From the NCBI GenBank assembly GCA_965113315.1, contig OZ220379.1: 64,000 nt of DNA. One strand, written 5' to 3'. The DNA is from Podarcis vaucheri. Its lineage: Eukaryota. Under the pieces are notes generated by a model, which saw only the letters and a program-made list of their open reading frames with translations, searched no databases and was not told where the DNA came from. The position numbers and the translations under genes were made by a program. Below, one piece after another: positions 1 to 13,600 of this stretch. The first letter of the stretch is position 1. Every line of letters starts with the position of its first letter.

Positions 1-119
1 GTTGGAAGGGGTCACAAGGGTCATCCAGTCCAACCCCTTGCAGTGCTAGAATATTTGGTGTGATTTGAACTCGTGACCCTGAGATTAAGGGTTTCAAGCT
101 CTACCAACTGACCTATCCC
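1..119 (-). mobile_element. tRNA-Lys-like SINE with CR1-type 3' tail (cut by window edge)
   Basis: Reverse strand reads GGGATAGGTCAGTTGGTAGAGC..CTTAATCTCAGGGTCACGAGTTCAAATC (A/B boxes) followed by GGGGTTGGACTGGATGACC CR1 tail. Confidence 0.65.
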
Positions 120-586
120 AGATTCATGTCTTTTATTTTCTTAATCTCAACCACATACATCAAAGTTCTTTAGACTTTGCTCCATCATGAAATGATTCAT
201 AGATGATCTCTCACCCAAATATTGACTAGGCCACAACACCCATAGTTTTAGCAGGCTTGCTTCACCATGAGCTTACAGTCCATGCTCAAGGACTGCAGGC
301 AGATAAATTGTATTTTGATCTTCTGGCTACTGGACAGGGCTGGCTTCTAAATAATGACGGTGGTACATATGCATTTTATTTTATTTTATTTTTAGTCCTA
401 CCTCCTACTGAAGACGTAATTCTAAACACACATTTGATTCCCTAGTTACTGTGTTGAAGATAGCTGTTCTAATGGGCATATTTACTCTGCATATATGGCA
501 TTATGATTCCAATTAAAAAGCTAAAGAAAATTCTTGTTTTATTAAAAATATTTTTCTTTATCCATGACTTAAAAGTTCTCTTTTGA

Positions 587-661
587 TACAGAGTACACAT
601 TTAGAGGATTCTAGTATGTAACGTAATACAGAATACACATTTAGAGGATTCTAGTATGTAA
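587..661. repeat. 40-bp-period tandem duplication just upstream of the first IFT74 coding-exon acceptor
   Basis: TACAGA(G/A)TACACATTTAGAGGATTCTAGTATGTAA at 587 and 627. Confidence 0.9.
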
Positions 662-705
662 TATATGTTTGTTTCTAAAGAGAAATTTGAAGAAAAGAGG
701 AAAAA

Positions 706-825
706 ATGGCAAGTAATCACAAGCCTCCTACAGCCCGCCCGTCTTCAAGAGCAGGACTAGGCCTGGGAGCCAGACCTCCCTCATCCTCACTACGGCCTCC
801 ATCCGCAGCTCTACTTGGAGGAGGA
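706..825 (+). CDS. IFT74: IFT74 coding exon 1 (acceptor AG ends at 680; ATG at 706)
   Basis: [40 protein letters not shown] then GTAAGT donor. Confidence 0.93.
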
Positions 826-3800
826 GTAAGTTAAAATAAATCTTTTTTAAAACCTACTCTGTTTGACAAGTGATACAGTTTCATTGAAGAGTTTATCTTC
901 ATTTTCTGATTCCTAAGCTAGAGCCTTTTCTCTCCAGTGCAGATTACTTTCTTATTGTCTCCGGACATCATAATATATACACCTTGTGGATATTGTTTAA
1001 CATAAGGGATTGTGTAACACAAAGGGATGGGTGTCTGCTCCAAGGATTTTATCATCTAAAAGTAGCAGTTAAAAACAGGCTATTCTCACAGGTTTTTGGC
1101 ATTTTATTTTCCTATTTATCTCCACTGCTTTTTGTGGCTCACACTCCCGTTCCTTTTCCTTTTAGTTTATAAGCTTGTAGGCAGGGCTTCTGTGTTTGGG
1201 TGCTCGACGTGCTTATCTTGTTATTAATTGCTACAACAGTGGATTGGATCCTAACTTGTGTGATAGAAACCTTATGGTTAGTGGTAGCGAATTGCAGCGG
1301 AGCAGAAAGGTTACTCTTTCTCCAGCACCAGCCACTTTATCCCTTTTCAGGGTTTCAAAATCACCTCCTTCTTGAAGCTGCTTTTACTTTACAAAAAGTT
1401 TGCGGGTCCTATTAGGTATATGAGAGTCTTTAGGGTGAAGCTGTTAAGTTAGGACCTTTGAGACCAGGATTCAGATCCTCAGTCAGCTATGAAACTTCAC
1501 TGGCTGACCTTGGGCCACTCATGCACTCTCAGTCTAACCTATCTCACAGGGTAATTGTGAGGATAAAATGGGAAGGAGGACTGTCACCACCTCAAGCTCC
1601 TAGGAAGAAAGGTGGAATATAAATGTAACAAAAAATGTGTGTGCCATGTCATTTGGTTTCATTTAAATCTTAAGACCTCGGCCAGCTTATTGATAAGTAG
1701 ATAGACTAGTTTTCTGATCCTCAGAATGACTGCATTCATTATTTTTTCTACCGATTCTGTTTTCGGTGTTAGATCCCTCCAGGAACATCAAGACCTGGTA
1801 CACGTGGTGGATCCATAGGTACTGGTGTGGTTTTGTCCTCCCAGATTAAGGTTGCAGACCGTCCAGTGACGCAGCAAGGGCTGAGTGGAATGAAAACTGG
1901 AATGAAAGGTATTTTAAGATATGAAGGCATACAAACATTGAATAAGTTAGTCTTGTGCCTGTGATTATAAGGGGAAACAGCAATACACTTTACAGTGGTT
2001 TTGGCCTCATAGAGACATGAAATGTGTCAGAACTTAGGACAAGGCAAAGCAATTTTTTTAATCAAAGCTCCATCCTGACGTAAGGGCAGAACTGAGCCAG
2101 CATCTGTGAAATCTCAAGTGGAACTTGGAAAGCTGGAATAGCACCAGAAGCTTTAAACCTAGACAGGTCCTATACTGTTCAGAGCATATGACATTACATC
2201 ATGGATTATTTAAGAGAATATGTACATTACATTATTTACAGAGGATTTATTTATTTAAGCCTCTCTCTGTCTCTTTATGGTGATTTTACCACCTTGCATG
2301 AAAACAACCACTGGATTCTTTAGTAATACAATTGTTTCTCATTGTACTGTGGTGTCGGGTAATAATTTGACACTTGTTATTTGTTAGGTCCACAGAGACA
2401 AATTATGGATAAATCCTATTACCTGGGAGTCCTCAGGTATGTGGCAGTTATTTGTCTCCAGTGTTTGTGCTGTTTTTATATGGTTGTGTCAAGAGCTACT
2501 GCCTTATTGGCAGTAATTAATTGGCTATCAGCTTGATCATGCCTAGCTTGCAGTGTTTGGCAGGGACGATAGAGGTTTCTTAGCTCATGGCTCCTTAGCA
2601 GTAGCTCTTCCTCCTTTCATAATCCAGCCAGCCCATTTTTCCTGCACTCAGCACAGGTATAGAGGATTGGCCTGTGTTTTGTTTCATGCTTGTCTTATCC
2701 CACTGCCTTCCCTACTGTTTGTCTGTACCAAATGCAGGCCTTTCCTTCCAATTATTTCCTGTTTGCTGGAGTAGATACTTGTGACCAATGTCCAACTGAC
2801 TTTCTTTGCTTTACTGGGAACCTCACTGCTTCTAGTCACCCAGCTGTGCTCCACACAATCTGACTCGGAATCAGCATAGGGTTAAAACTACTTTTTGAAG
2901 TTGAGGTGAAAGAGATTTGTGTGGAACTTTCTACCTTCAGAAGTGCTGACCAAAGGAATGGTCAGGTCACTTAACAGATTAATACTTAACTGGCAAGTTG
3001 TCAATAGCAGGTCAAGTATAAACACAACTCTAAAATATTAGGGTTGGCTTCAGCTAATGAGTCCGTTAGCAAAAGCCCACACAAGGACTTCCACTTGTGC
3101 GTTGGGGTTCCCACCTCCTCCCTTGCACCCCCTTACAAAAAACAGATCTGTTGTAGAAAACAACTATACTGATCACTATGTAGCTATTTTTAAAATTGGA
3201 TTCAGCATCTGAAGGCTCCTAAACAAACTCTACCTTGAGGAGTTGTGCTGCCTTGCAACTCATTTGCCCACCTAAAGGATAAAGTAGCATATGTAGTGCA
3301 CAGAACTTGCACCCGTCATCTTTGGGGTAGTCCTCTTGCCTCCTCACTCTCTTCCCAGAGTGACCTTCCAAAAAAACCACTAGATACTGAGCAGAGTTTT
3401 AGCATTATGTGGGCCTTTAGAAATGTATTGTATAAATTGACTAGGCTGCACTGGGCCATAAAGATTAAACCAGACACCCTTTTTATTAATAGCTTTTGAT
3501 TGGATTGAAGAAACAAAAACAAAGACAGTCATACAATGCAAAGAAAATTGTAATTCATCAAGACATGTTCTCTGTGTACAACTGATGAGGCGCAGGGGGG
3601 GGGGATGTCTGGTAGTCCAAACCAACCCATTTGAGCAAATAGATTTGTATCAAGAGTCCAGATATCAAGGAATTCACCATCTTTCTCGTGTTTATGGAAG
3701 ATCACCTCATATGCTGCCAGCTGAGTCATGTTCTCTGCCCACTGTAGGATTAGGGACTGCTGAACTAGACATTTATCCAGTACTGATGAACTAGACATTT

Positions 3801-4624
3801 ATCCACCATAGGTGACCTTAGAAGCCAGTTAAATTGTCCCTCTGTCAGGTTCCAAAGGACTGGTGCATAATTCAATAAATCACCGACACGTGCAAATCTG
3901 AAGAGGTGTCCAAAACCATATTTATGTGGCAGATGACCTCTGACTCAAAGCCTGTGGCTTTAGAACAGGCCTAAATTATACTTAACATAAGAACTATTTT
4001 TTCCCCTACAGGAGCAAAATAAATGAACTCACCGCAGAAATTAACAAGCTTCAGAAAGAAATCGACATGTATAACCAGGAGAATTCTGTCTACCTATCTT
4101 ATGAAAAAAGGTGAGATAGATTACACTTATTGTCATAGTATTGTAGAGTTGGAAGGGACCCTGAGGGTCTTTAAAAACTTTTGTGTTAATTAAAGTCAGT
4201 GGAATCATATACACAAGTAAATTTGGATTGGAAACAGCAAGCTTGCAACTTATGTAGGGTTTACGTTCCAAGGATCATGCCTAAAGTCAAAATTACATAT
4301 ACAGTGGTACCTCGTTTTGAGTCTGCCTCGTCAAGCGTCCATTTTGTTAAATGTCTGTGGCAAACCCAGAAGTACAAGAACAGGTTACTTCCAGGTTTGT
4401 CACATGCACAGAAGAACTAAATTGCACTTCATGCATGAGCAAAAGCACAAACGGTTCCACGTGCATGCGCAGAGTGGCACTTTGTCGTGCATCATTTTTG
4501 TCTAGTGTCCGGGGCTCCGGAACAGATCCCGGTCGCAAAACAAGGTACGACTGTCGTCAGAACACATTGGGTTCAATGGCAGGTGGGATTGCCAAAGTCT
4601 TTTTTCCTGGATGTCTGCCCCCAT

Positions 4625-4655
<31 letters not shown>

Positions 4656-7600
4656 TTTGCCCAGCACATAAAGCTTCATGCATGCAAGTTAAATACATGT
4701 AAGTTGCAGGCTTACTGTATGTTAAAACTTGAGACTTGCTTTGATTACATTTTATCACATAAGCTATGTTGTATAGTAACTATTCTTTTCCTGTTCTCTT
4801 AGGGCAGAGTCTTTAGCAAGTGAGATCAAAGAGTTTCAAGGACAACTAGCTGATTACAATATGGTATGTTATTGTTTATATTGCTAATATTTATATATAT
4901 ATTACATTGAAAATACTGGATCTAATTTTGAATTGCAATTGTATACCTATTGGGAATAAAACTAGCAATTAATTGGGTTTCTGTGTTGTTTTAGCTGGTG
5001 GATAAACTTAATACCAATACCGATATGGAGGAAGTAATGAATGACTATAACCTGGTGAGTATTAACATTGTTTTGTAACAGTATTAGTTTTGCCTGATTT
5101 GGTTATTGTTCAACTTGGACTGCTGCTAACCAGTGATGCTCAGTAGCTGCTGGAAAATGTTTGAAAACAATTGTAATTGGTTCTCAGGATGAGTGTAACT
5201 GCATATACTGTTGACCCAAATACATATGCAGAGTGACATTTCAAAGTAGCATCTTAGTTAATAGAAGGAAATATAAAAAGCCACAATTCTTCCAAACATT
5301 GGATCACAATAGAAAGGACCTACACAATTTAAATTTCCAATTAAATGGTAGTTCAAACGGAACATAAGTGTGTGTTTTTTACCAGTGAAATGAGTAGTTG
5401 ATACTAGCACATGGAAATTTTACTGATCAGCTGTTTGGGAGGGGAGCAAGAGCTGGTTTTAAACTGCCATCCCCACCCTCCAAAGGACCCCTTCCTGCAA
5501 AACATCTTATCACTGAGATGCTTGCAATTTATTTGAAATTACTTGTGCTTGCAACTTCATCTGTTGCAGTCAGCATCTGTAACTTCAAATTTGTCTGTGG
5601 CATACCTTGCTGTCATTACAGCGCAGTACCTGGCAAGGATCTTTTTATTTCCCCGGGTTGTTCAATCCTCTGAAAATTGCTGTTGTGGTGTTCGGTGTTT
5701 TTAATTCTGCTGACTGCTTTTAAAGTGCTCTTTTACTTTGTAATGTTTTAATGTTATCATTTTAAAGTTTGTTTTATTTTTTGTTGGCTGCTCTGAGAAC
5801 CTGTTAAAAGGTGGGATAGAAATCAAATAAATAAAAATAAGTAAATTAATATTTGTGGAGATCTGATACTTCATTCAGCTATGCCAGGTGTGGGGAACCT
5901 TTAGCCTGCCATATGTTTCTGAACTTCAAATCCTATCATCTCTCTCTACTGACAGTCTTGCTGAGGCTAATGGGAGTTTTGTAGTTCAGCAGCATTTGCA
6001 GCACCAAAGCAGCCCCTGAGCTATATAAACCTTTTACCTATAGACACATTCCAACCATTATGCATGTAAATTAGTACAGACGCATTTGAAACTGCCCTTA
6101 ATTCTGATATATGTTCCATGTCTCAAACATATTTTTAGGATCATGTTGTATTTCTTGAAAATCATTTTAAGACTGATCTATGGTGTATAAGCTATAATAG
6201 CAAATTCAGTTGAATTAAAGACATTGGCTCTAGAAACGGGAAATTTATTTGCTGTAGATATAGCAGAGCTATTCTCATGCTGTTGGTGGCTGTGTCTTTT
6301 TAATAGTTGAAGGCTCAAAATGACCGTGAGGCTCAGGGCATAGACATCATTTTTACAGAAAGACAAGCGTAAGTATATGAATTTTTTAAAACGAAACTGG
6401 AAAATAAACCAATGCATAGAAATGTTCTGTATTGTGTTATAATGCAATTCATAAACCCCTGACACTTCTCTGGTCTTTGTACTCAAGCAGTAGCAGGTGT
6501 GTGCTGACCTTTCACACTTTAGATTATTATTATTTATTGAATTTATATACTGCCCTATACAGTACCTGGAGGTCTCGAGTCGGTTCACAGAAAAGATCAA
6601 CATAAAAACCACAGGATATATAATCAAAATAAAAACAACAACCCAATAACATCCCTCCCCCCCAAAAAAGAGCCACGTTTTAAAAGGGCATAGGATGTCA
6701 ATCAGATCAACCCAAGGCCTGGTTAAAAAGGAACAGGAGCCACTACCACGAAGGCCCTCTGCCTGATTCTCTGTAACCACTTATCGCAGTGAGGGAACTG
6801 CCAGAAGGCCCTCGGAGGAGGATCTCAGTGTCCGGGCTGAACAATGGGGTTGGAGATGCTCCTTCAGGTATACTGGGCCAAGCCATTTAGGGCTTTAAAG
6901 GTCATCACGAACACTTTGAATTGTACTCAGAAACGTGCTGGGAGCCAGTGTAGGTCTTTCAGGACCGGTGTTATATGGTCTTGGCAGCCACTCCCAGTCA
7001 CCAGTCTAGCTGCTGCTTTTAAGGCTTTAGAGATCAAAACCAGCACTTTGAATTGGGCCCAGAAACTAATTGGTAGGTGAGCTAGGATTGACATTGTATT
7101 CTCAAACTGTCTTCCCCACTGAGCAACCTGTGTGCCAAATTCTGCACCAGCTGAAGTTTCTCAATGCGGTCACCACGTGTAATGTGTTACAGTAATCTAA
7201 ACTAGAGGCTATCAGAGCATAGACAACAGAAGTTAGGCTATCCCTGTCCAGACAAGGGCACAGCTGGGCCACCAGTTGAAGTTGATGGAAGGCACTCAGT
7301 GCCACAGAGGCAGCCTGAATCTCAAGCGATAGCAAAGGATCCAGGAGTACTCCCAAGCTACATACGCGCACCTTCAGAGGAAGTGTAACCCCATCAAGAG
7401 CAGGCAGCGTCCCAGCCATCCAGTCTAGGGAACCCCCACTAACAGTGCCTCAGTCTTATCTAGATTGAGCTTCTGTTTATTAGCTCTTGTCCAGACCATT
7501 GCTGGTGCAAGACAATGGTCCAGGGCATCCACACCAGCACTCTACTCAGTGATTTCATGTAGATGTGAAACAGCATAAGGGGTAAAATGTACAACAGAGC

Positions 7601-10600
7601 AAGTCAGTTTTAAATAAATAAAAATTCAGCTCACCATCACAAACCCCAGAAGTAGCATATAGGATAAAAGATTTAATTTAACATTGAACCCCGAGGAACC
7701 TCAAATTGAAGGCTCCAAGGGGCCAAAGAACACTCCTCAAACATCACCCTCTGGAAACAACCAAGTATGACTAAAACCAGCACTGCGCGGTGCCACCGAC
7801 CCCTAATGCAGACAGCCACTCCAGAAGGGTACCCATGGTATCAACCTGTTTTTCTGATTTTTTGTTCATTTAAAAGTGCAAACAAGCATTTTTATTTAAT
7901 TTATCTTATATCGGTCATAGTTGTATAGTGCAACAAAAGCGAAACTTAGTTTCTGTTAATTAGAATTATTTTAATTAATTGCATATTTCTGGATGTTCAG
8001 ACACAGAAGATATTATTTCTTCTTCATTGATGATCGGATTCCAAACTCCAGAGGATGCCTCCTTAATGATTTGTGTAATGACCTCCTTAGCATGCCAGAC
8101 CCTTGTTTTGCCTGTTTTTAAATATACAGCCGTTCTTCGGAAGTCGAACAGAATTCGTTCTGGAAGTCGGTTCGACTTCTGAAACGTTTGGAAACCAAGG
8201 CACAGCTTCCAGTTGATTTCCGATTGTGCAGGTGTGCCGGAAACAATAGCAGATGCCTCACCGGCTTCCAAAAAAAGTTCGAAAACTGGAAGACTCACTT
8301 CCGGTTTTTGATCATTTGGGAACCGGAACGTTCAAGTCCCAAGGCGTTTGGGAGCCGAGGTATGACTGTATAGGGCTATATTTCTCTTTCAGGTACCCAA
8401 GCAAAATGCCCTGATTTACATACATAAAAACCTTTGATCCTCCAACACCATTTCACCAATAGTGGTTTTCTGTAATGATGCCAAGATTAAATAGTGCATA
8501 TTTTGATTAATCACAAGCAGCAACAGTTTGGTTTTTTTAGCCCATTGCTTTATAAAGCTACAGATATGACAGCCCTTAGCACATATCTCAGAATGGGGCA
8601 GAGAGATTCAGACGGCAACATTAATAGTAACTCTTCATGTATCAATATATTTGTCTTCAATAAATCCATCTTCTTCTGGAACAAATGTATGAAATTGTTC
8701 AAAAACCACAACTGATTCTTCTTCATTGGTACCTGGTGTATGTGGGAATGCGCAGTTATGAGATGTGAAAGTTTCTTCAAACATCTCTGGTTCGTCTTCC
8801 TCCAAACGACTATGATTATAGCTAATCAAATAACGGTACCATACTGGGAATTTGATGACCATTCCAATCAGCAGTGAAATGCTGATAACAACAACCAGGA
8901 CACCAATCAGAAAGGTCCAACTTTTGCCAGGACGATGAACATCCACACCTTAAAATAAATCAAACATCGTTTTAGTACTTTTCAGTATAAATACAACTCT
9001 TACTCCATTTTTCCTCATAAGGTTACCTTTCAGAAGTTATCAAGTAACTTCCCTCTCTCCATAGAAAAATAAAGGCTTGGAGCTAGACTCCTTCCATTCA
9101 CAGAAGTGAGTTACCGTATTTTTCGCTCTATAGGACGCACTTTTTCCCCTTCAAAAATGAAGGGGAAATGTGTGTGCGTCCTATGGAGCGAAGACGCCAT
9201 AGGCCCGCGACCCTCTCCCGGCTGGAGACGTGATGCGCGGCTATGGCAGGAACCTCTACAGCCCCGTGTCACCTCTCCAGCCGGGAGAGCGCGCGCGCGG
9301 GGCTAAAGCAGCCCCCCACGACCCTCTCCCGGCTGGAGAGGTGATGCGCGGCTATGGCAGGAGCCTCTATAGCCGTGCGTCATCTCTCCAGCCGGGAGAG
9401 CGCACGCGGGGCTAAAGAAGCACCCCGCAACCCTCTCCCGGCTGGAGAGGTGACGCGCAGCTATGGCAGGAGCCTCTATAGCCGCGCGTCACCTCTCCAG
9501 CCGGGAGAGCGCACGCGGGGCTAAAGAAGCCATAGCCCCGCGGCCCTCTCCCGGCTGGAGAGGTGACGCGCAGCTATGGCAGGAGCCTCTCCGCTGCGCC
9601 TTTCCGCTGCTCCCTGACCTGCTCTTTGGGGCTGGTGGTGGGCTTCCCCCCGCCAGCCCCAAAGAGCAGGTCGAAAGGAACCTGAAGCCTGGAGAGCGAG
9701 AGGGGTCAGTGCACACCGACCCCTCTCGCTCTCGAGGCTTCCAAGGTAGCCGCCTGAACGGCTTGTTTTAGAGCGGAAAAACGAGGGGGGAAATTCTCCC
9801 CCTCTCTGCCCAGCGCCCCTTCAGTGAAGCGGCAGGAGGCGCTGCACAGAAAGGGGGAGAATTTTTTTTCCCTTGTTCTCCCCCCTCTAAAACAAAGTGC
9901 GTCCTATTGTCCGGTGCGTCCTATGGTGCGAAAAATACGGTAAATCCAGCAGAGGTTCGCACTCTGCAAATCGCCTGCTTCTGTGGGCAGAAGGGGTATA
10001 GGTGATTTTTGCAAAATCCCATCCCCACTGCAACCCCTGGTACCATCCCCTATTCTGTTTCTCAGGGTTCCCTAACCTTGCATATCAGCTTTTCAGAGGT
10101 AAAAAGAGCTGCAAGGAAAAAAGAATATGCAAAAGTCACTTTGCACTTCTATCCACTGGAGAATCAAGTTTGTGGTTTTGCAATTCCCACACCTGTGACG
10201 CTAACACATCATCTTTAGGACATTTGACTATTAGCCTTTTAAAAGCAGTGTTTTAGTAAAGTTTGGCACTTGACTGAACATATTTCAGTAGTTGCTCTGT
10301 TAAAGAGTCCTGAAGGCATCTGTCGTTAACATGATTGTGGGAATTCAACTGGTACAGTTAAATGGACATTGTGCTGAGGTACCTGCCTCATTCCAGGTCT
10401 AGCTATGTCTGTTTGTCTGTGACTAGTGACCCCAGATAGGCATATTCATCCAAAATCAGTGGAAGAATTCATCAAGGTTAATGAGGCCCTGGGCGAGTAT
10501 CTTGAATTAGATCAGCTGAGATCTAGCTGCACCAGAAACAAGTTTAACAAAAGAATTTGAACTTTGTGCTCCCAATGACGCATGACTGTCTGGGTTAATC

Positions 10601-13600
10601 TGACATTTACCACTATGCATAAAAAACTAGAAAAGGCTATATTGCAATTATATATAGTCAGCATAACTTTCAGCATATTACTTGTTTTAAAAGACCATTC
10701 AAAAGCTATTTTGGTAATACATCTAATATTATTATCAATATATATGCTAAATATTCTAATTTATATGAGGATAGCATAGTTCTTCTTCCTGAGAAATGTA
10801 AAGGAAATGGTGGAGCTGCTCTTAACAATGTTTAAGGAAAAGAATGCACAGTTATAGGTTTGATATAATGGCAGAAGAGGAGGGGAGCAACCTTTACCAA
10901 TTGCCCGTTCACCTTGCAGAGCTTTGCACCCTATGAAAATCGGCTGGAGAGGGTAGGGGGATTGTGGGAAGACTAAAGAACGGGTGGGGATTGGGCAAAA
11001 AATAATGTTCTTCCTTCCACCAGCAGGATTCCTCTGCTGGATCAAAAGCTATCCATGAACAGAGGGAGCCCCACTTTTAGCAGACAGCTAAATTTGGATT
11101 CAATACGCAGTTGCTTTAAATTCTGTATCAGTGCACTAAATGATCTTTAGTATTGTTTCTGAAATGCATGGCTTCTATAGCCATATGGGTGCTGCCGGTA
11201 AATTAAATGGAAATATACCTGACTTTAGTGCTTTTCTATTTGTACCATTATGCAGAGATAGACTATCATTAGTTGGATTAAGAGAAGTGAAAGATAAGGT
11301 GGTTGCTTCAGTAGTCATCTCTCTTTTCTCACAGTCAGCTATAATTGCTGTCTTGATAGGTTGTTCTTTCAGGCTGCTTGGATACGTACACACAGTACCG
11401 TTCTCATTTTCTGTAAATATAAACATTTCAAAGAGATTAAAGTTTTTGGTCTGCGCTGCCCTCAAAAACAATTTCAGACAGTATAGTTTAGAACTTTAAA
11501 AATAATCCATGAGACCATCTAGTGTTATAGGGTTGCCAGAGGCAAATATATTATTTCCAACAATTATTCATTCCATGAAAATATTCCTGGGCATAAAATA
11601 TATGAATATATTCAGTATCACATATGATACTCTCAGGCAGGTTTGACTGTGCTAGTCATCTGTTTAATAGGAGTCTTAAGGCTGGGAGTAAGTTGCATTG
11701 AACTCAGTGGGAATAATTCTTAGTAGGTGCATATAGGATAGCACTGTTATTTTTTTTCTGAAACCACATTACTTAGCACATTTCTAGTTCATAGGGCAAA
11801 CGCCTCTTTTCCTATTCAAAATCTGTTGGATGAATAGGCAATTTTCAGACATGACCTTTTCAAATACCAGCTTAATGTATGTGCTCGACATTTAGTTCAT
11901 ATTTTATCTTTTCGGTGTGCTTTTTATTGACAACTCCTTTTGGCTTTTTTGGCACTCAGTCCAAAGGAATCCATATCTCAAAAATAAAAGATGTGAGGAT
12001 AGCTAAATTCATACATCAATGGAGTACACTTAGTCCTCCTGAAATGGAAATCGTATAGATTAAAACACCAATACATTTTTTGATACTTACGCATGGTTAC
12101 TTTAGTGGTCTTCAGCCAACTCTGTAAACTAAGGAGGTCACATGAACAATTCCATGGATTTCCAATTAATGTGATTTTGGTTAAATTAAGGGATACATTT
12201 GCATCAAAATATCTCAAAAGGTTATTTTTTAGGTTTAAGACCACCAAGCTCTTTAGCAATACAAACACACTGTAATCTAATTTCACAATTTTGTTATTCT
12301 GTAGGTGCAAAATCTTTAGTTTCTTTAAACCAGCAAATGCTGCCTGTTCAACTGTACTGATAGAATTATTGCTAACATCTAGAACTGCTAATTTTGAAAG
12401 TTTGTCAAAAGTAAAATTACGGAGAATAGAAATGGAATTGTTGCTTAGGTATAATTCTGTAATATTCATGTACTTTTGAAGATTTGTGGTATCACTTTCA
12501 TTTAAAGTGATGCTGTTGTAACTGAGAACTAGTATAGAAACATTTTTGTCTAGGCCAGGAGGAACAGAAGTATAGTTTTTTGCTGCTTCCTCGCACTTAA
12601 CCTGTTAAACAAAGAGAGAGAAAATGTTACAAATACAGATTGGGGAAGATTACCAGGATAAAACAGATAATATGTTCATCAAGCTCTCATATATAGGGAT
12701 ATGAAAACTTTTCTAAAATATATTGATGTTATTGTTTGTTGTAAAGGAAAATTCTGCCCTGCTAATCTTCAGAAAGAAAATCAGAACAAGTGACATTGCA
12801 AAACACAATCCTATAACAACATTGAAAGTGTATCATCAATATAGAAACAAAAGCAGCAGCACAAAACAGCTATATAACCATAAATAAAGCTACAGCTGTT
12901 CAGATTTGAGTCAGCTATATGATCAATATGTGAAAGAAAATGACCAGAAAAAGTAGTTCACGCTATAGGAAAACAGGCCTGCTCCGTTTTTGTTGAAATC
13001 TTGGGGCTCAAATAAAAAATGTTGGAGTTAAACTCTTTTCTACAGTAGAATATTGAGCATAGAAATCTGAAATACCTGAATCATTCAGGACTGAATATAA
13101 ATGCTTTGGCAGAGAGTTGTAGGGCTAAAGGGAACTTTTATTTTAAAAAGATCATCTATTTCCCCACCTCGCTTAATGCAAGGCACATCCCATACCAGCC
13201 TACAAGGACCAGAACAAAACTCATGGAATATTTCTTCCTGGTGTTAAGAAGGGAGTACCATGAAATAACTACCGTATTTTGCAGGTGATGAGAATCATAA
13301 TATGATTGGTTAGGCACTGTATTCTGTGGGTTTTGGATCCTTCACATACCGTACTCTATCATATATATTATTGGCATCCATCTGTCTCGAAAGACAATGG
13401 AGTTCGCCTCCAGGGGTGAATCAAATCACCATGTTAGCTGCACCCAAGTGACCTCCCCAGGGCACAAGCCTGGGCAGTGTGTATGGTATTCCTGGACTGC
13501 TCAGACGACCAGACCTTGCTGGTGTGGTCCAAAGGAAATCATAGCAATATGTTTGTCACCAGCTTGGTGGCAGGAGTTGCTGGAAAGAAGTACCATCTTA

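Noticed and set aside
60-119. tRNA-Lys gene
   Set aside because: Degenerate and fused to a CR1 tail, so a SINE head rather than a tRNA gene; the same applies to the Sauria SINE heads.
3480-3800. ORF 3529-3798 as a gene
   Set aside because: Resembles a decayed L1/Tx1 ORF2 C-terminus (W..M..LA.YE....F..IW) with a small 26-bp duplication; too degraded to call firmly.
6178-6780. 200-aa minus-strand ORF overlapping IFT74 coding exon 7
   Set aside because: Chimera of L2 tail, intron and antisense exon with no recognisable domain.
9205-9590. Repeat-spacer-like palindromic array as a CRISPR
   Set aside because: Eukaryotic intron, linkers are not unique spacers, no cas genes, and it is bounded by MITE TIRs.
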